From NCBI GenBank assembly GCA_030540255.1, contig JAUNWP010000002.1:1535-65534 (forward strand): 64,000 bases of DNA, given 5' to 3'. The translations under genes and the position numbers were made by a program. The stretch comes from Eubacteriales bacterium. GTDB lineage: Bacteria; Bacillota; Clostridia; Lachnospirales; Lachnospiraceae. Positions 1 through 11,236 of this stretch are shown piece by piece (position 1 is the stretch's first letter; each line of letters starts with the position of its first letter). The notes beneath the pieces are model-generated. The model was not told the DNA's origin and ran no database searches. It saw only the letters and a program-made list of their open reading frames with translations.

Positions 1-422
1 TCAATAAACTCATTGCTGCGCTTAATAACATTTCTGAGCGGTTCGGCTCCCTCCGGACAATATGTACCGTTAGGATCGAGATAAAAATCATCAAAGTCCG
101 CACGGTTGACCTCACCGTACTCTATACGGCTGTGCAGACCTTCCCACACACCGAAGCCTATCTCCTTGATCCTCTCGTCAACAAAAGGACCCTCTCCCTT
201 ATCAAGAAAATACTGATTTCTCGCAAGCACTATATCCGCCGTCTCAACAGCTCTTGTAAGCGGACTCGTGTAACATGCATCAAACTTGATATCAGCCATG
301 CCTATACCGGCTAGCGCCGCAAGCTTAATACCGTTTTTATTTAAATGAATATCCGTGTGCCCCTGGATCCTGCGCTGTCGGTTCCAATCGGTCTCGGAAT
401 GTCTCATAATATATAATCTCAT
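1..422 (-). CDS. histidine phosphatase (phosphoglycerate mutase/CobC-like) family protein; C-terminus lies outside the window
   Basis: Absent from the ORF track because it runs off the window edge. Manual minus-strand translation from the ATG at 422 gives MRLYIMRHSETDWNRQRRIQGHTDIHLNKNG...CYTSPLTRAVETA. This contains the RHxExxWN catalytic motif and the SPLxRAxxTA block of the histidine phosphatase superfamily. Confidence 0.7.
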   Translation of the reverse strand, partial: MRLYIMRHSETDWNRQRRIQGHTDIHLNKNGIKLAALAGIGMADIKFDACYTSPLTRAVETADIVLARNQYFLDKGEGPFVDERIKEIGFGVWEGLHSRIEYGEVNRADFDDFYLDPNGTYCPEGAEPLRNVIKRSNEFI

Positions 423-492
423 CTCTTATTCTCCCCCGTCCGTTCTCTCTCGCCCCATATCTCTGTTATCATCAAAATGCTTCCACCACTCC

Positions 493-1392
493 TTAATTAC
501 CGAAGAAGCTGTTGATTCCATTAACAAGACCGTCGGCTTCCTGAGTAAGCATACTCTCTGAATGATTAGAGCATTGGTTGCCAAGCTCGATATCCACCGA
601 AGGAATAGTGCTGTATGAGGTCTGGGTAAGATCCATATCCAAAGGATTGGAACCCCACACCTTCATGCCCTGAGCTTTCAGCCCCGCAATAAGCGCATCA
701 CCCAGAGCTTCATGCTCCTTCCAATGTGAAGCAACCGGCTCCATGCTCTTAAGTCCGTCCGGAACAGACATATAGAAAACACCCTTGATCTTCTTGAGTC
801 CGTCTCCGTCCCAATGCAAAGCAACATGAATGTCCGCAGCATTATTGGCTATGACTGTTCTTGCCACATTATCAAGCTGAACATCCGTATCGTCGCGTAT
901 CATCAATACATCATAGCCTGCGGCAAGCAGCTTGTTTTTAAGTATCTGCGCCATCTGCAATGTGACCTTGGCCTCCGGAGTTCCGTCGTTAAAAGTCATT
1001 CCTCCCGATACCGCAGTTGCCATAGTTGCCCCTGCCTTGGTTGAACCTCCTGTAAGCTTAGGTGATTTATCCGGATGACAGTAGGTCTTGACATCAGAGC
1101 CTCCCTTTGTACCATGCCCCGCATTAACCGCCACTATCTTATTTTTACGATCCGAGTTTGCCGTATACATAACAGCCTTACCGCTGTTGATGGCAGAAAA
1201 ATCGGCATACTTCCAAGCACTGTTAAGTCCTATCTCATCTCCGTTTTTATATCCGTTCTTGGTAGTTATCTCGCTGCCTGACTTGGTGTTGTCAACAGCA
1301 GCATAAGTATTGACCGAACCGAATACACTCATATTCACGGCAGCTATTCCGAGTACGGAAGCCGCACATATCATCGCCAATCTCTTCTTCAT
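493..1392 (-). CDS. secreted N-acetylmuramoyl-L-alanine amidase-like protein (Amidase_3-like)
   Basis: ORF 493..1425. Preferred start is the ATG at 1392, which gives the MKKRLAMICAASVLG signal peptide and has a purine-rich RBS upstream. The blocks VAVNAGHGTKGG, DIHVALHWDG and VDIELGN resemble the metal-binding blocks of zinc amidases. Confidence 0.6.
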   Translation of the reverse strand: MKKRLAMICAASVLGIAAVNMSVFGSVNTYAAVDNTKSGSEITTKNGYKNGDEIGLNSAWKYADFSAINSGKAVMYTANSDRKNKIVAVNAGHGTKGGSDVKTYCHPDKSPKLTGGSTKAGATMATAVSGGMTFNDGTPEAKVTLQMAQILKNKLLAAGYDVLMIRDDTDVQLDNVARTVIANNAADIHVALHWDGDGLKKIKGVFYMSVPDGLKSMEPVASHWKEHEALGDALIAGLKAQGMKVWGSNPLDMDLTQTSYSTIPSVDIELGNQCSNHSESMLTQEADGLVNGINSFFGN

Positions 1393-1537
1393 TATTGTCC
1401 TACCTTCCCTCTTACAACAAAACAAGTCATTCGCAGCCGCATTCCATCCCTGAATGCCTGTGATGTTTTATGAGTCATTCGCAGCGGCTTTAGGTGGAAA
1501 TGACCCGCATGCCGAGCTGCAAGCTCAAGCTACAGCA

Positions 1538-2362
1538 TTAAACTATGAAATGAAAATATATCAGGACTATGATACCAAGCACAATACGATAATAACCGAA
1601 CAAGGTGAAATCATGCTTTCTGATATACTTCATAAGGAACTTTATCGTATACATAGCCACAAGGAATGCGACCAGCATCGCAAAAAGCAGTATGAACACC
1701 TGCGCTCCGGTAAAACCAAGACCATGCTTAACTATCTTAAGGAAACCGGCACCGAACATGACCGGAATACCGAGATAGAATGAAAACTCTGCTGCAACAG
1801 GTCTCGAACAGCCCAGTATCATGGCGCCCAGTATCGTCGCACCGGAACGCGAGGTACCCGGTATCAAAGACAGACACTGGAACAATCCGATAAGGACAGC
1901 CGTTTTGTAATCAAGTCTCGAAGTCGAAGTAATATCAAAATTCTTTTTCTTGTTATGCGCTTCAAGCACTATAAACAAAATACCATAGAGTATAAGCATT
2001 GTTGCGATAACCGTAGGTGTGCTCAGATACTCGTCAAGTATATCATCAAGCGGAAGTCCGATAACAGCAGCCGGAATGCAGGCAATAATGATCTTGACCC
2101 ACAAAGACATTATCTTTCGGCTCTCCTTCCTGCTGTTGGACGGCGAGAACGGCCAGAGCTTGTTCCAGTACAAAACCACTACCGCAAGTATGGCACCTAT
2201 CTGGATGACCACCTTGAACACATTCCAGAAAGCCTCCGGCTGATCAAGCATAACCAGCTCCTGCACCAGTATCAGATGTCCGGTAGACGATATCGGCAGC
2301 CACTCGGTAAATCCCTCAACGATTCCAAACAGCAGCACCTTCAGTATTTCAATAAAATCCAT
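1538..2362 (-). CDS. uppP: undecaprenyl-diphosphate phosphatase
   Basis: 274-aa polytopic membrane ORF. The N-terminal GIVEGFTEWLPISSTGHLIL and the PGTSRSGATI motif are typical of UppP/BacA. Confidence 0.9.
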   Translation of the reverse strand: MDFIEILKVLLFGIVEGFTEWLPISSTGHLILVQELVMLDQPEAFWNVFKVVIQIGAILAVVVLYWNKLWPFSPSNSRKESRKIMSLWVKIIIACIPAAVIGLPLDDILDEYLSTPTVIATMLILYGILFIVLEAHNKKKNFDITSTSRLDYKTAVLIGLFQCLSLIPGTSRSGATILGAMILGCSRPVAAEFSFYLGIPVMFGAGFLKIVKHGLGFTGAQVFILLFAMLVAFLVAMYTIKFLMKYIRKHDFTLFGYYRIVLGIIVLIYFHFIV

Positions 2363-2387
2363 GTATATTCCCCTCTTGTTCCAAGCC

Positions 2388-3056
2388 TTACAGATCCGGT
2401 ATCTGCCAGTCTATAGGCGTGAGTCCGTGCTCCTCAAGAAAGCTGTTGCACTGCGAAAAATGTCTGCAGCCGAAAAATCCCCTCGAAGCCGACAACGGGC
2501 TCGGATGAGCCGCCTTAAGTATCAGATGCTTGGGATTATCAAGCATCTTGGCCTTTTCCTGCGCAGGTCTTCCCCAAAGCATAAACACTATAGGTCTGTC
2601 AGCCTTATTAAGCTCGGCTATGATCGCATCTGTAAACTGCTCCCAGCCTATACCTCTGTGCGAAAAAGCCTGATGCGCCCTGACAGTAAGCACAGTGTTA
2701 AGCAGCAGTACACCCTGCTCAGCCCAATAATTAAGATATCCGTTATTTGGTATCCTGCATCCGAGATCTGTGTTCAGTTCCTTGTAGATATTCTTAAGTG
2801 ACGGCGGGATCTCGGTACCCGGCATGACCGAAAAACAAAGTCCGTGCGCCTGCCCGTCATTGTGATACGGATCCTGTCCCAATATAACGACCTTTACATC
2901 CTTATACGGAGTAAGCGAAAGTGCATTAAACATATCTGATGCCTTAGGGAATACCTTGGTATGCTCATATTCATCCTTAAGCTTGTCGTATAAATTCCTG
3001 TAATAAGGCTTTCTGAATTCGTCCCTGAGGACATCCTTCCAATCGTTTGTAATCAT
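2388..3056 (-). CDS. ung: uracil-DNA glycosylase
   Basis: 222-aa ORF with the family-1 UDG motifs GQDPYH and HPSPLSA. Its ATG overlaps the addA stop codon (ATGA). Confidence 0.92.
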   Translation of the reverse strand: MITNDWKDVLRDEFRKPYYRNLYDKLKDEYEHTKVFPKASDMFNALSLTPYKDVKVVILGQDPYHNDGQAHGLCFSVMPGTEIPPSLKNIYKELNTDLGCRIPNNGYLNYWAEQGVLLLNTVLTVRAHQAFSHRGIGWEQFTDAIIAELNKADRPIVFMLWGRPAQEKAKMLDNPKHLILKAAHPSPLSASRGFFGCRHFSQCNSFLEEHGLTPIDWQIPDL

Positions 3057-6000
3057 AGCATTATTTGTTTATTCATAAAAGTACTGTAGATCATCTTTTG
3101 AGTCACAGGCTTACCCGTAAGCTGAGTCAGTGCCAAAGCATACAGCTCGAGCTGAATAGCATAACGCGCTTTAAACTCCTCTTCATCCGTAAGTCTGTCC
3201 GTCTTGTAATCTATAAGTGTTATACTGCCGTCACATTCTTCAATATAGGCATCTATGATACCCTGCAGCAGCTGCAGCTCATCCGAATCCTGCTCTGCCA
3301 TAAGCTTTCTCGCAGGTATTCCTACCATAAAGTGCTGTTCTCTGTGCAGTCTGTTTTCTGAAAATGCTTTGCGCATCCTGTCAGCGAGCTCTGTGCCTAA
3401 AAAAGCTCTCACAGCTTTTTTATCAAGCAGCTTAAGCTCCGACTCGGACATTTTACCGCATTTTGAAAGATATTGCAGATTTTCTTCGGCATCAAGACTG
3501 TAATCAAGAAGCTCCATAGCTCTGTGGAAGATAGTTCCTCTGCCTGCACCTTTGCTCTTTGTCTGTTTTTCCAAAATCGCTTCGGCTTTCACAGTCTCGT
3601 ATGTTTCTTCCTGCCATGAAGCATTGTCCATGGACGTTCCTCTCTCGGATGTGGCACTGCCTCCGGTGTTTTCCGCAAGCTTTCTCTCCCAGCCAAGTTC
3701 GGTCTCCGCTCCGTCATCCAGCTCGGCTTCTTCGGCATTTTCATAAAAACTGTGCTTGATATCCGATACAGAGAGCTTAGGCTTAAGCTTAGTCTCTACT
3801 TCATGCCCGTATCTTTTTTCGAAAAGCTCCGCAAGATATGCCGAGCGTTCGCTCGCTTCGCCATCTTCAAGCCTGGCATCTATTGCCGAGGTCCTTCCGT
3901 AGGCTTCAAGCTCCTTGTAAAGCCCGGCAAGCTTCCTGCCCACCAAGGTCTCTCTGTTAAAGAAGCTGAGTTCATAATCTCTTACATCATTGCCTGCCGC
4001 AAGCAATATAAGCTCAAGGTAACTTTTTGCCTCTTGGATCATTCGCTTTGGAAGTTTTCCTCTATTGTTCGAGGCCGCATATATCATATCCCCGTAATCT
4101 GCGGTCTCCTGTATCCTTTCCTCCGCGCTTTGCTTCTTTGTTCCGTTTTTATTGCCTGTGATAATGAGCTTTTCCTTTGCTCTGGTCATGGCAACATAGA
4201 GAAGTCTGAGTGACTCGCCCTTGTCCTCCTCCTTGTTTTTAAGCTTAATTACCGTCTTTTTAAGACTCGGATATCTGATGCCGACTTCAAGATCCGTATA
4301 GTCCGATGCAATACCAAGCTCATCATCTGCCGCAATCACGCTCTTATCCTTGTCGCTGTCTCCGTCGGAGCATCTTGCAAGAAATACTATAGGATACTCA
4401 AGACCCTTGGAACCGTGTATGGTCACTATCCTTACACTGTCTGTATCTGACTCCGCATTATCGGCTCCGCCGTCATCTATTTCTGCTTCCAGCATTGCCT
4501 CAAGGTATCTTATAAAATTATATAAGCCTCGCATGCCCGTTCCGGCATAATTTTCCGCCATCACTATAAGCTTATCCAGATTCCTTCTACGCACGGTTCC
4601 GAGCGGCAATGCACTCACATAATTATAATATCCGCTCTCATCGAATATTCGCTCTAAGAGTCTGTTGACAGGAAGCACCTCGGCAAGACTTCTGAAGTGA
4701 TCCAGCTCCTTTGTAAACTGCCTTGCCTTATCATTATTAATGGCGGCATATCTTACGGCATTCAGATAATCATCCCTGCTTTCTTCCTTAAGATCGAATT
4801 CCGGCTTATCCGTAAGTCTCTCGACATTTTCGGCTTTAAGCTCCGGCAGTGCCGCTTCATCAAGACCGAAATCAAAGCTTAGCTGTCCGAAAACCTCGCC
4901 CTGACCGACATTTGCTGCAGATTCTGCCTCCGCAACCGTATAGGTATTGCTATCGACATCAGTTCCTTCTGCGGACTGTTCCTGCTTATGTTCTTCATAT
5001 GCTGCCCTTATATATGCAAGCTCATCATCCGAGAACCCAAATAAGGGGCTGCGCATAACGGCTGCAAGTGCTATATCCTGATGCGGATTATCTATAATGT
5101 TAAGCAGTGCAATGCTCAGCTTAAGCTCGGGTGTATCAAAATATCCCTGCTTTTTATCATATACCGCCGGAATATTGTTTGCCTCAAGCACCTCTGCCAG
5201 CATGTCGGCATTACTCTTAAGATTACGCATCAATATAGCTATATCCGAATACTTTGCCGGACGCAACACTCCGCTTTTATCCTGAACCTTATAGCTCTTA
5301 TCGGGCTCCTGTTTATTTACAAGCTCTCCGATGCGCTCGGCTATCATGATAAATTCAAGCTCCTTGGCCTTAGTATCCTCGTCTGCATCCTCCGCGGCAT
5401 CCTCTCCCGACACAAGTAACTTTTCAAGCTTTTCATCATCTTCTTCGGCAGATGCCGAAGCATCTAATATCATTATCTCGGAGCGGCATGCCGATACGGC
5501 TTCACCGGACTCATTTATAAGGACATTATCGACATAGCTTGCCCCGGCATTAAGCCTTGCGGCTTCATCATATTCTACTCCGCCAAGCTCTCTGCGCATG
5601 ATCTTGTCAAATACGGCATTTACGCTGTCTACTACTTCCTTACGGCTGCGGTAATTGGAATTAAGCTCTATCTTGATATGCTCTCCTGCTGCCGTGAAGC
5701 TGTCGTATTTTTCCGTAAATACCTTGGGATCTGCTTTTCTGAACCTGTATATGCTCTGCTTGACATCTCCCACCATGAATATATCCGGTCTTCCGAAGCG
5801 TTCTGCCGAAAGCGCCTTCAGTATGGCATCCTGCACTCCGTTGGAGTCCTGATATTCGTCTATCATTATCTCCTTGAGCTGTCGGCTCAGTTCATCGGCA
5901 ATGCCGCTGAAACACATCCTGCCCTCATGCTCCTCGTACAGAAGCTCTACGGCATAATGCTCCATATCTCCGAAGTCGATTATATTTGCCTCTCGCTTGG

Positions 6001-7051
6001 CAGCCTTGTAACGCTTAAGGAACTCTGCCGTAAGCTCGGTCACGGTCTTGTTTACTGCGGCGCTCTCGGATATTACCGTCTTAAGAAGCTCAGGCGTGAG
6101 CACAGTTACCTTTTCGTTAAGCTGATTTATAAATTTCTTGAGGCTGTCCAATATGTTTTTTACGGCAGCCTTTTTTACGGGATCGACATTATCCTTTGCT
6201 GTAATTGTTGATATCTTCGGAAATGCCGCTTCGCTTAATTCCTTATACAGAGTCTCATAAGTATCTGCACCGGATATTTTATTTATAAGCTGCTCTCTAA
6301 GCTCGATATCCTTGATATATTTTGCAGGGCCGTCTGCTTCCCCGCATATATCTTTTGCTGCCCCGAAGAGCTCAAGGTAATCCTCCATTGCCTCATTTAC
6401 ATAGCTGATAAAGTACTTAAACCAGGCGGAGGTCTCATAATCTCCGTCCGTCTCTCTTACAGCCTCTTTCTTAAGTTCCTCAAGGAAGCTCTCCGGTGAG
6501 GTCTTGTTGTCTGCCGCATAGAAAAGCTTCATTATCAACTCCTCTATGCTGCTGTCATCCTCTTTTTTCACAAAGCTGTCGGCAAGCACCATGAATGCTT
6601 CGTCGGCTTCCTCATATTTTTCCTCAAGCAGCTCTGCGATAATGTCCTTTCGCATTATCTTGAGCTCGCCCTCATCAGCCACTCTGAAATTGGGATCTAT
6701 GTCAAGATACTGATAGTATTGCTTTATAAGAGTCTGACATATGGAGTCTATCGTAGAAATCCTTGCACGGGCGATAGCCGCAAGCTGAGTCCTGATATGT
6801 GTATTACCGGGATCTTCCGCAAGCCTGTCTCTCATGGCACGTTCCACTCGTTCACGCATCTCCTGTGCCGCAGCCTTGGTAAAGGTCATGACGATAAGCT
6901 CATCAAAGCTTACTCCTTCATCACAAATAAGTCTTGTTATGCGCTCGACAAGTACCGCCGTCTTGCCGCTTCCCGCAGCAGCCGACACCAGTATATCCGC
7001 ATTCCTTGTCTCTATGACCTTTTTCTGTTCCTCATTCCAAGCTATCTTCAT
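3053..7051 (-). CDS. addA: ATP-dependent helicase/nuclease subunit A
   Basis: 1332 aa. UvrD-like Walker A ([15 protein letters not shown]), helicase motifs and a C-terminal RecB-type nuclease block (LIDYKTD). Lies immediately downstream of addB. Confidence 0.9.
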   Translation of the reverse strand: MKIAWNEEQKKVIETRNADILVSAAAGSGKTAVLVERITRLICDEGVSFDELIVMTFTKAAAQEMRERVERAMRDRLAEDPGNTHIRTQLAAIARARISTIDSICQTLIKQYYQYLDIDPNFRVADEGELKIMRKDIIAELLEEKYEEADEAFMVLADSFVKKEDDSSIEELIMKLFYAADNKTSPESFLEELKKEAVRETDGDYETSAWFKYFISYVNEAMEDYLELFGAAKDICGEADGPAKYIKDIELREQLINKISGADTYETLYKELSEAAFPKISTITAKDNVDPVKKAAVKNILDSLKKFINQLNEKVTVLTPELLKTVISESAAVNKTVTELTAEFLKRYKAAKREANIIDFGDMEHYAVELLYEEHEGRMCFSGIADELSRQLKEIMIDEYQDSNGVQDAILKALSAERFGRPDIFMVGDVKQSIYRFRKADPKVFTEKYDSFTAAGEHIKIELNSNYRSRKEVVDSVNAVFDKIMRRELGGVEYDEAARLNAGASYVDNVLINESGEAVSACRSEIMILDASASAEEDDEKLEKLLVSGEDAAEDADEDTKAKELEFIMIAERIGELVNKQEPDKSYKVQDKSGVLRPAKYSDIAILMRNLKSNADMLAEVLEANNIPAVYDKKQGYFDTPELKLSIALLNIIDNPHQDIALAAVMRSPLFGFSDDELAYIRAAYEEHKQEQSAEGTDVDSNTYTVAEAESAANVGQGEVFGQLSFDFGLDEAALPELKAENVERLTDKPEFDLKEESRDDYLNAVRYAAINNDKARQFTKELDHFRSLAEVLPVNRLLERIFDESGYYNYVSALPLGTVRRRNLDKLIVMAENYAGTGMRGLYNFIRYLEAMLEAEIDDGGADNAESDTDSVRIVTIHGSKGLEYPIVFLARCSDGDSDKDKSVIAADDELGIASDYTDLEVGIRYPSLKKTVIKLKNKEEDKGESLRLLYVAMTRAKEKLIITGNKNGTKKQSAEERIQETADYGDMIYAASNNRGKLPKRMIQEAKSYLELILLAAGNDVRDYELSFFNRETLVGRKLAGLYKELEAYGRTSAIDARLEDGEASERSAYLAELFEKRYGHEVETKLKPKLSVSDIKHSFYENAEEAELDDGAETELGWERKLAENTGGSATSERGTSMDNASWQEETYETVKAEAILEKQTKSKGAGRGTIFHRAMELLDYSLDAEENLQYLSKCGKMSESELKLLDKKAVRAFLGTELADRMRKAFSENRLHREQHFMVGIPARKLMAEQDSDELQLLQGIIDAYIEECDGSITLIDYKTDRLTDEEEFKARYAIQLELYALALTQLTGKPVTQKMIYSTFMNKQIML

Positions 7052-10000
7052 CTATAGTCTGTCCGCCTATAAGCTTTTTTATCGTATCCTTGTTTACCTT
7101 ACGCGGTCTTCTGTAATCAAAGCCCGCAAGCTGAGTGTCAAAACCGCAGAGGCTTCCGAAGGCGCAATATTCACAGCTGATCCTTCCGCCCTCCTTTGTC
7201 GGTCTGATATTGATGTCTCCGTTTAATATCTTATCGGCATCTCTTACTATACGCTCATGTGCGTAATTCATAAGACCGTCGAATTCATTTCTTGTGAGGA
7301 GCTCTGTCTTACTGTCTACCACCTGAGACGCCTTAAGACCGGCTTTTTCTATCTGCCCGCAGTCAGCTTCGGACACAAGTGCATTATCTATATGTCTTGC
7401 GGCATCCGCAAGATCTGTCATTGCTCCCTTCATTTTCTGACTCTCAAGGCGTTTTTCCTCCGCATGCTCGGCGGTCACTCCGCTCTTTCGGTCATACTTA
7501 AGTATGGGTTCATCTATATGGTAGTAGAACATTCCCGCAGGAATTACCTTTGATCTGTCACCGACTCTCTCTCCCAGCAGCCTTACCGCACTCTCCATAT
7601 AGGTGATGAGTTGCAATTGCAGACCGTTTACCAGCTTTTCTATTGAGAAATCTTTATCCCCGGATTTATAATCTATGATCTTGACAAAGGTATTGCCGTT
7701 CTCTTCACAGCTGTCTATCCTATCTATCTTGCCGCGAAGAGAGATATTATCCTCATCAAAGCGGAATGTGACCTCGGTATCATTTGCCTTAAAATCACCG
7801 TCACCAAGCTGCTTCTTCAGTACATTTACAGTATGCTTTGTGGTCTTTCGTATCTTGTCTGCGATATATTGATTCCTTGCGCTGCTCTCCAGTATATTGT
7901 CGTTGAATTCGCTAAGACTCTCCTCTGTCGCCGCGGCAATGATACTTCCAAGCTCCTCGTCATTTATATCCGTAAGCTGCTTATTCCTTGCCTTGACCTC
8001 CCTGAATACCTTATCCAGCGCCGAATGGAACATATTGCCGACATCCATTGACCTTATCTTAAACTGCTCTCTTTCCTTAAGACCGAGTCCGTAATTGGCA
8101 AAGTGCGCAAACGAACAGTCCTCGTACTTCTCTATCCTCGATACCGAGCCTCTGAGCAGCTCTCCGTAGAGCTTAGAAGCTGCTGCCTTCGATAAGCTGT
8201 CTTTTTTATGTTCTGTAAATGCGGCAGCGATTAGTCTGTCAAGCTCATCTCCCTTTCCCGCTGACTTAAGTGCCTTGTACACGTCAAAGAATTCCTCATC
8301 CTCTGCATTTATATGTCCTGCCTTTTGTGCCGTATACATGAGCGCATCATAAACAGAGCTTAGAGCCTCAAGCTCCGAGCCGGCATCATTTACAGTATCC
8401 TCTATATTATCAAAGCTTCCGTACTCTCCGTTAATAAGCTCGTTAAGCACGGAGGAAGGACGCTTTGCCTTGCCGTCTCTGCCTGCTGCCGCATATGAGA
8501 TATTTAACAGCTCTGTTGGCTTATTGAACAGCAGCATCAGATAAAATCTCTGTATGGTGCTGTCCCTCTTATCGTCGGGCGCAAGCTCTATATCGGCATT
8601 CATAAGCTCGATACGCTCATGATCAGTAAGTATTCCTCCGCCCGTCACTGCGGATGGTATAAGTCCGTCATTGGCGCCGAGCACAAACAGACAGCGTATA
8701 TCATCAAGTCGGCTGCGCTTAAGATCTCCGATCAGCACCGTATCCATCTTCTCGGGTATACTGCCGCCCTTCATATCGGAAAAGCCTGCATCAAGCAGCT
8801 TTCTGAACTCATCTATGCTGCATTTTTCCTCGCCGAGTATGACTTTCATGCGCTCTAAGAGTTCGTCCGTAAGCTCATTAAAATGTCTTGCCTCATCTGC
8901 TTCTCTTACAAAGCCTGCTTCCTCAAGCTTAAGTGCATAGAGCTCAGTCCTCTCATTGAGTCCGATATCGCTCATAAAGGCTCTTACCGCCTCCGACATT
9001 GCACTTATATCCGAAGCCTCCTTAAGTGCCGTCTCAAGCCCGGTAACTCCGCTAAGCTTAAGCTCTGCCGAAAGCAGCTCAAAGGTCTTTCGACCTCTCC
9101 TGCCTGTCCTTCTCAAGTAATTATCCGCAAGGTCGGAGATGTCCTTAAGCTCCGCATCCGAAGCCACAAGAGGATTTTTGAACAAGGCCGTCATATCCTC
9201 AAGCCTGTAGCCTCCGCATATAAGCTTCAGCACCTGCTTTATCATTAACACGGCGGGACTCTCTAAGGCCTCCGTCCTGTCATCCATGAAATACGGTATC
9301 TCTTCTCTTGTAAATTCTCTGCGTATAAGCTCTCCGTAACCGGAGGTGTCTGATACCGCAACAGCGATCTCCGAATATCTGTATTTACCGGAAATGGCAA
9401 GCTTTCTGATATTCCTTGCGGCATATCTGACCTCCTCCACCGGGTCGGCTGTCCTGACTATGCCAAGCCTTGCCCTCTTACGATTATGCTTTATCTCTGT
9501 CTCACCGGATCTCGGAACATTGTTAAGCTCGGCAGCAGAGCATACTCTCGCAACCGTATCACGGCTTAGCATGTATATATCCGAAGTATCTCCCTGATTT
9601 AATTTTGACCCGACTCTGCTGTAGGGGGCAGCCGACATAGGGATGGTGACAGCAAAACGACATCTTTGCGCATCCGGTATGATATGCTCAAGCAGTCTTG
9701 TCTGTATAGGCGTGAATCCGGTATATCCGTCAAATACTATGACCGCATCCTTAAGCAGCTTTGAACGTCCCATGAGCTTAAGCAGCATATAGGAAAGCTC
9801 CTCGGGAATTGCTGCCCTGTCCCTGATCATTGCCTGAAAGCTCTCATATATAAGCGCCATATCCGAAAGCTTACCCTTTAACAGCGGAAGGCTTACCTCA
9901 TCCTCAGCCTCACGCAGTCTGTCGGCATTTACCTCATACTGATAAAACTCGCTTATCACCGACTTAATCTGCCTGATAAAACCATCCGAAGCTATCTTGC

Positions 10001-10331
10001 TGCGATACACCTTGAGCTTATCGGCATTATCGGAGGCTGCCTTGCGTATGAGTATTGACTTACTCACCTCATCTATGACCACAGGCTTAGCCTCACCAAG
10101 CTCCTGCATTACTCTGTAGGCAAGGAGCTGAAATGAAAGCACATCAAGATTAAGCATGCCGTGACATTCACTGTACTTTATTATCTCTCTCTGCGCCTTG
10201 AGTGTGTTCTGCTCCGGTACAAAGAGAAAATACTGCTGTGACGGATGCTCTGCCGCTTCCTTAGTTATCCATTTGTATATATATGTTGATTTGCCCGAAC
10301 CTGCTTCACCGAAGATAAAGTCGATCATCAT
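7032..10331 (-). CDS. addB: ATP-dependent helicase/nuclease subunit B
   Basis: 1099 aa. N-terminal GEAGSGKST, a C-terminal nuclease block (IIDYKSG) and the Fe-S cysteine cluster CEYCAFGSLCGF. Overlaps the addA start by 20 nt. Confidence 0.9.
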   Translation of the reverse strand: MMIDFIFGEAGSGKSTYIYKWITKEAAEHPSQQYFLFVPEQNTLKAQREIIKYSECHGMLNLDVLSFQLLAYRVMQELGEAKPVVIDEVSKSILIRKAASDNADKLKVYRSKIASDGFIRQIKSVISEFYQYEVNADRLREAEDEVSLPLLKGKLSDMALIYESFQAMIRDRAAIPEELSYMLLKLMGRSKLLKDAVIVFDGYTGFTPIQTRLLEHIIPDAQRCRFAVTIPMSAAPYSRVGSKLNQGDTSDIYMLSRDTVARVCSAAELNNVPRSGETEIKHNRKRARLGIVRTADPVEEVRYAARNIRKLAISGKYRYSEIAVAVSDTSGYGELIRREFTREEIPYFMDDRTEALESPAVLMIKQVLKLICGGYRLEDMTALFKNPLVASDAELKDISDLADNYLRRTGRRGRKTFELLSAELKLSGVTGLETALKEASDISAMSEAVRAFMSDIGLNERTELYALKLEEAGFVREADEARHFNELTDELLERMKVILGEEKCSIDEFRKLLDAGFSDMKGGSIPEKMDTVLIGDLKRSRLDDIRCLFVLGANDGLIPSAVTGGGILTDHERIELMNADIELAPDDKRDSTIQRFYLMLLFNKPTELLNISYAAAGRDGKAKRPSSVLNELINGEYGSFDNIEDTVNDAGSELEALSSVYDALMYTAQKAGHINAEDEEFFDVYKALKSAGKGDELDRLIAAAFTEHKKDSLSKAAASKLYGELLRGSVSRIEKYEDCSFAHFANYGLGLKEREQFKIRSMDVGNMFHSALDKVFREVKARNKQLTDINDEELGSIIAAATEESLSEFNDNILESSARNQYIADKIRKTTKHTVNVLKKQLGDGDFKANDTEVTFRFDEDNISLRGKIDRIDSCEENGNTFVKIIDYKSGDKDFSIEKLVNGLQLQLITYMESAVRLLGERVGDRSKVIPAGMFYYHIDEPILKYDRKSGVTAEHAEEKRLESQKMKGAMTDLADAARHIDNALVSEADCGQIEKAGLKASQVVDSKTELLTRNEFDGLMNYAHERIVRDADKILNGDINIRPTKEGGRISCEYCAFGSLCGFDTQLAGFDYRRPRKVNKDTIKKLIGGQTIDEDSLE

Positions 10332-10344
10332 GCTTCCCTTTAGT

Positions 10345-10370
10345 AAAAAAGGGGATGCATATGCATCCCC
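10345..10370 (-). terminator. intrinsic terminator downstream of the 10422..10964 gene, just upstream of addB
   Basis: Perfect 20-bp palindrome GGGGATGCATATGCATCCCC. On the minus strand it is followed by TTTTTT. Confidence 0.6.
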
Positions 10371-10421
10371 TATCGATTTTAACTAAATTATACCTTAGTT
10401 ATCTTATTCATTTCAAGCGCT

Positions 10422-10964
10422 CTACTGATTGGCAAGCTTATCAAAATCATCATCCGAGCACATATAGAGATAATAAGTCTTCTTCTTGATATCCCTGCTG
10501 TTGTTCTGTAAGGTCATCTCAAAGCCTGTAAGCGAATCGCTGTATAGCTTGTCTCTGCTCTCTAACGAAGCCGCCGCATTGTCTGAAATAATACGGAAGT
10601 CATCCTCCAGATTCAGATCACCCTTGTCGTATTGCTTAACAACTTCTTTGTAAGAGCCTGAGTGATCATTGTTCTCATAGACCAATGAAACCGTGACAGA
10701 AAGATCTTTGACCTCGCTCCCCTCGGGGCCGTTGCTCTTGCTCTCTATCCTGAAAGAGGTATCAGGTGTTACGGCTATGCCGTCCTTGTATACCACCGTA
10801 TTACCGGGATGTCCCGCATAACAGACTCTGTCAAGTGATTCCACATCAAACTCCAAGCTGTACGGAAATGCAGATACACTGCCGACAGCCGCAAAAGAAG
10901 AAACTGCAGCTGTTGCCGAAACAATTGCAGATAATATTAAAATTTTGATTCCTTTAATAAACAT
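10422..10964 (-). CDS. hypothetical secreted protein
   Basis: ORF 10422..10997. An internal Met at 10964 gives the signal-peptide-like N-terminus MFIKGIKILILSAIVSATAAVSSFA. No family recognised. Confidence 0.5.
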   Translation of the reverse strand: MFIKGIKILILSAIVSATAAVSSFAAVGSVSAFPYSLEFDVESLDRVCYAGHPGNTVVYKDGIAVTPDTSFRIESKSNGPEGSEVKDLSVTVSLVYENNDHSGSYKEVVKQYDKGDLNLEDDFRIISDNAAASLESRDKLYSDSLTGFEMTLQNNSRDIKKKTYYLYMCSDDDFDKLANQ

Positions 10965-11164
10965 GGTGTAAATATAGCATATTAAGCTTAAGAACAAAGT
11001 TGTAAAATTCTTACAGATTATTAACGAAATCTACTGTTTGGTTTGTAAGCCTTTGCAGCGAAGTGCCTTAGCTTAATTACACTTTGGTGCATTATCATGC
11101 CACCGTTTTAAAATCACAGCTTTAATTCCTTAGCTATAACAGACATAATGCCTTATAAACAGCG

Positions 11165-11197
11165 GATCCGCGAGCCTTGTAAAGAAAGCCCGCGGAT
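11165..11197 (-). terminator. hairpin downstream of the cell-wall-binding protein gene (weak terminator candidate)
   Basis: GATCCGCGAGC...GCCCGCGGATC forms an 11-bp stem with one mismatch. The downstream T-tract on the minus strand is poor. Confidence 0.35.
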
Positions 11198-11236
11198 CAT
11201 ATCATTTACATCCTACTGTAAAAAGCTGTTTAATTA

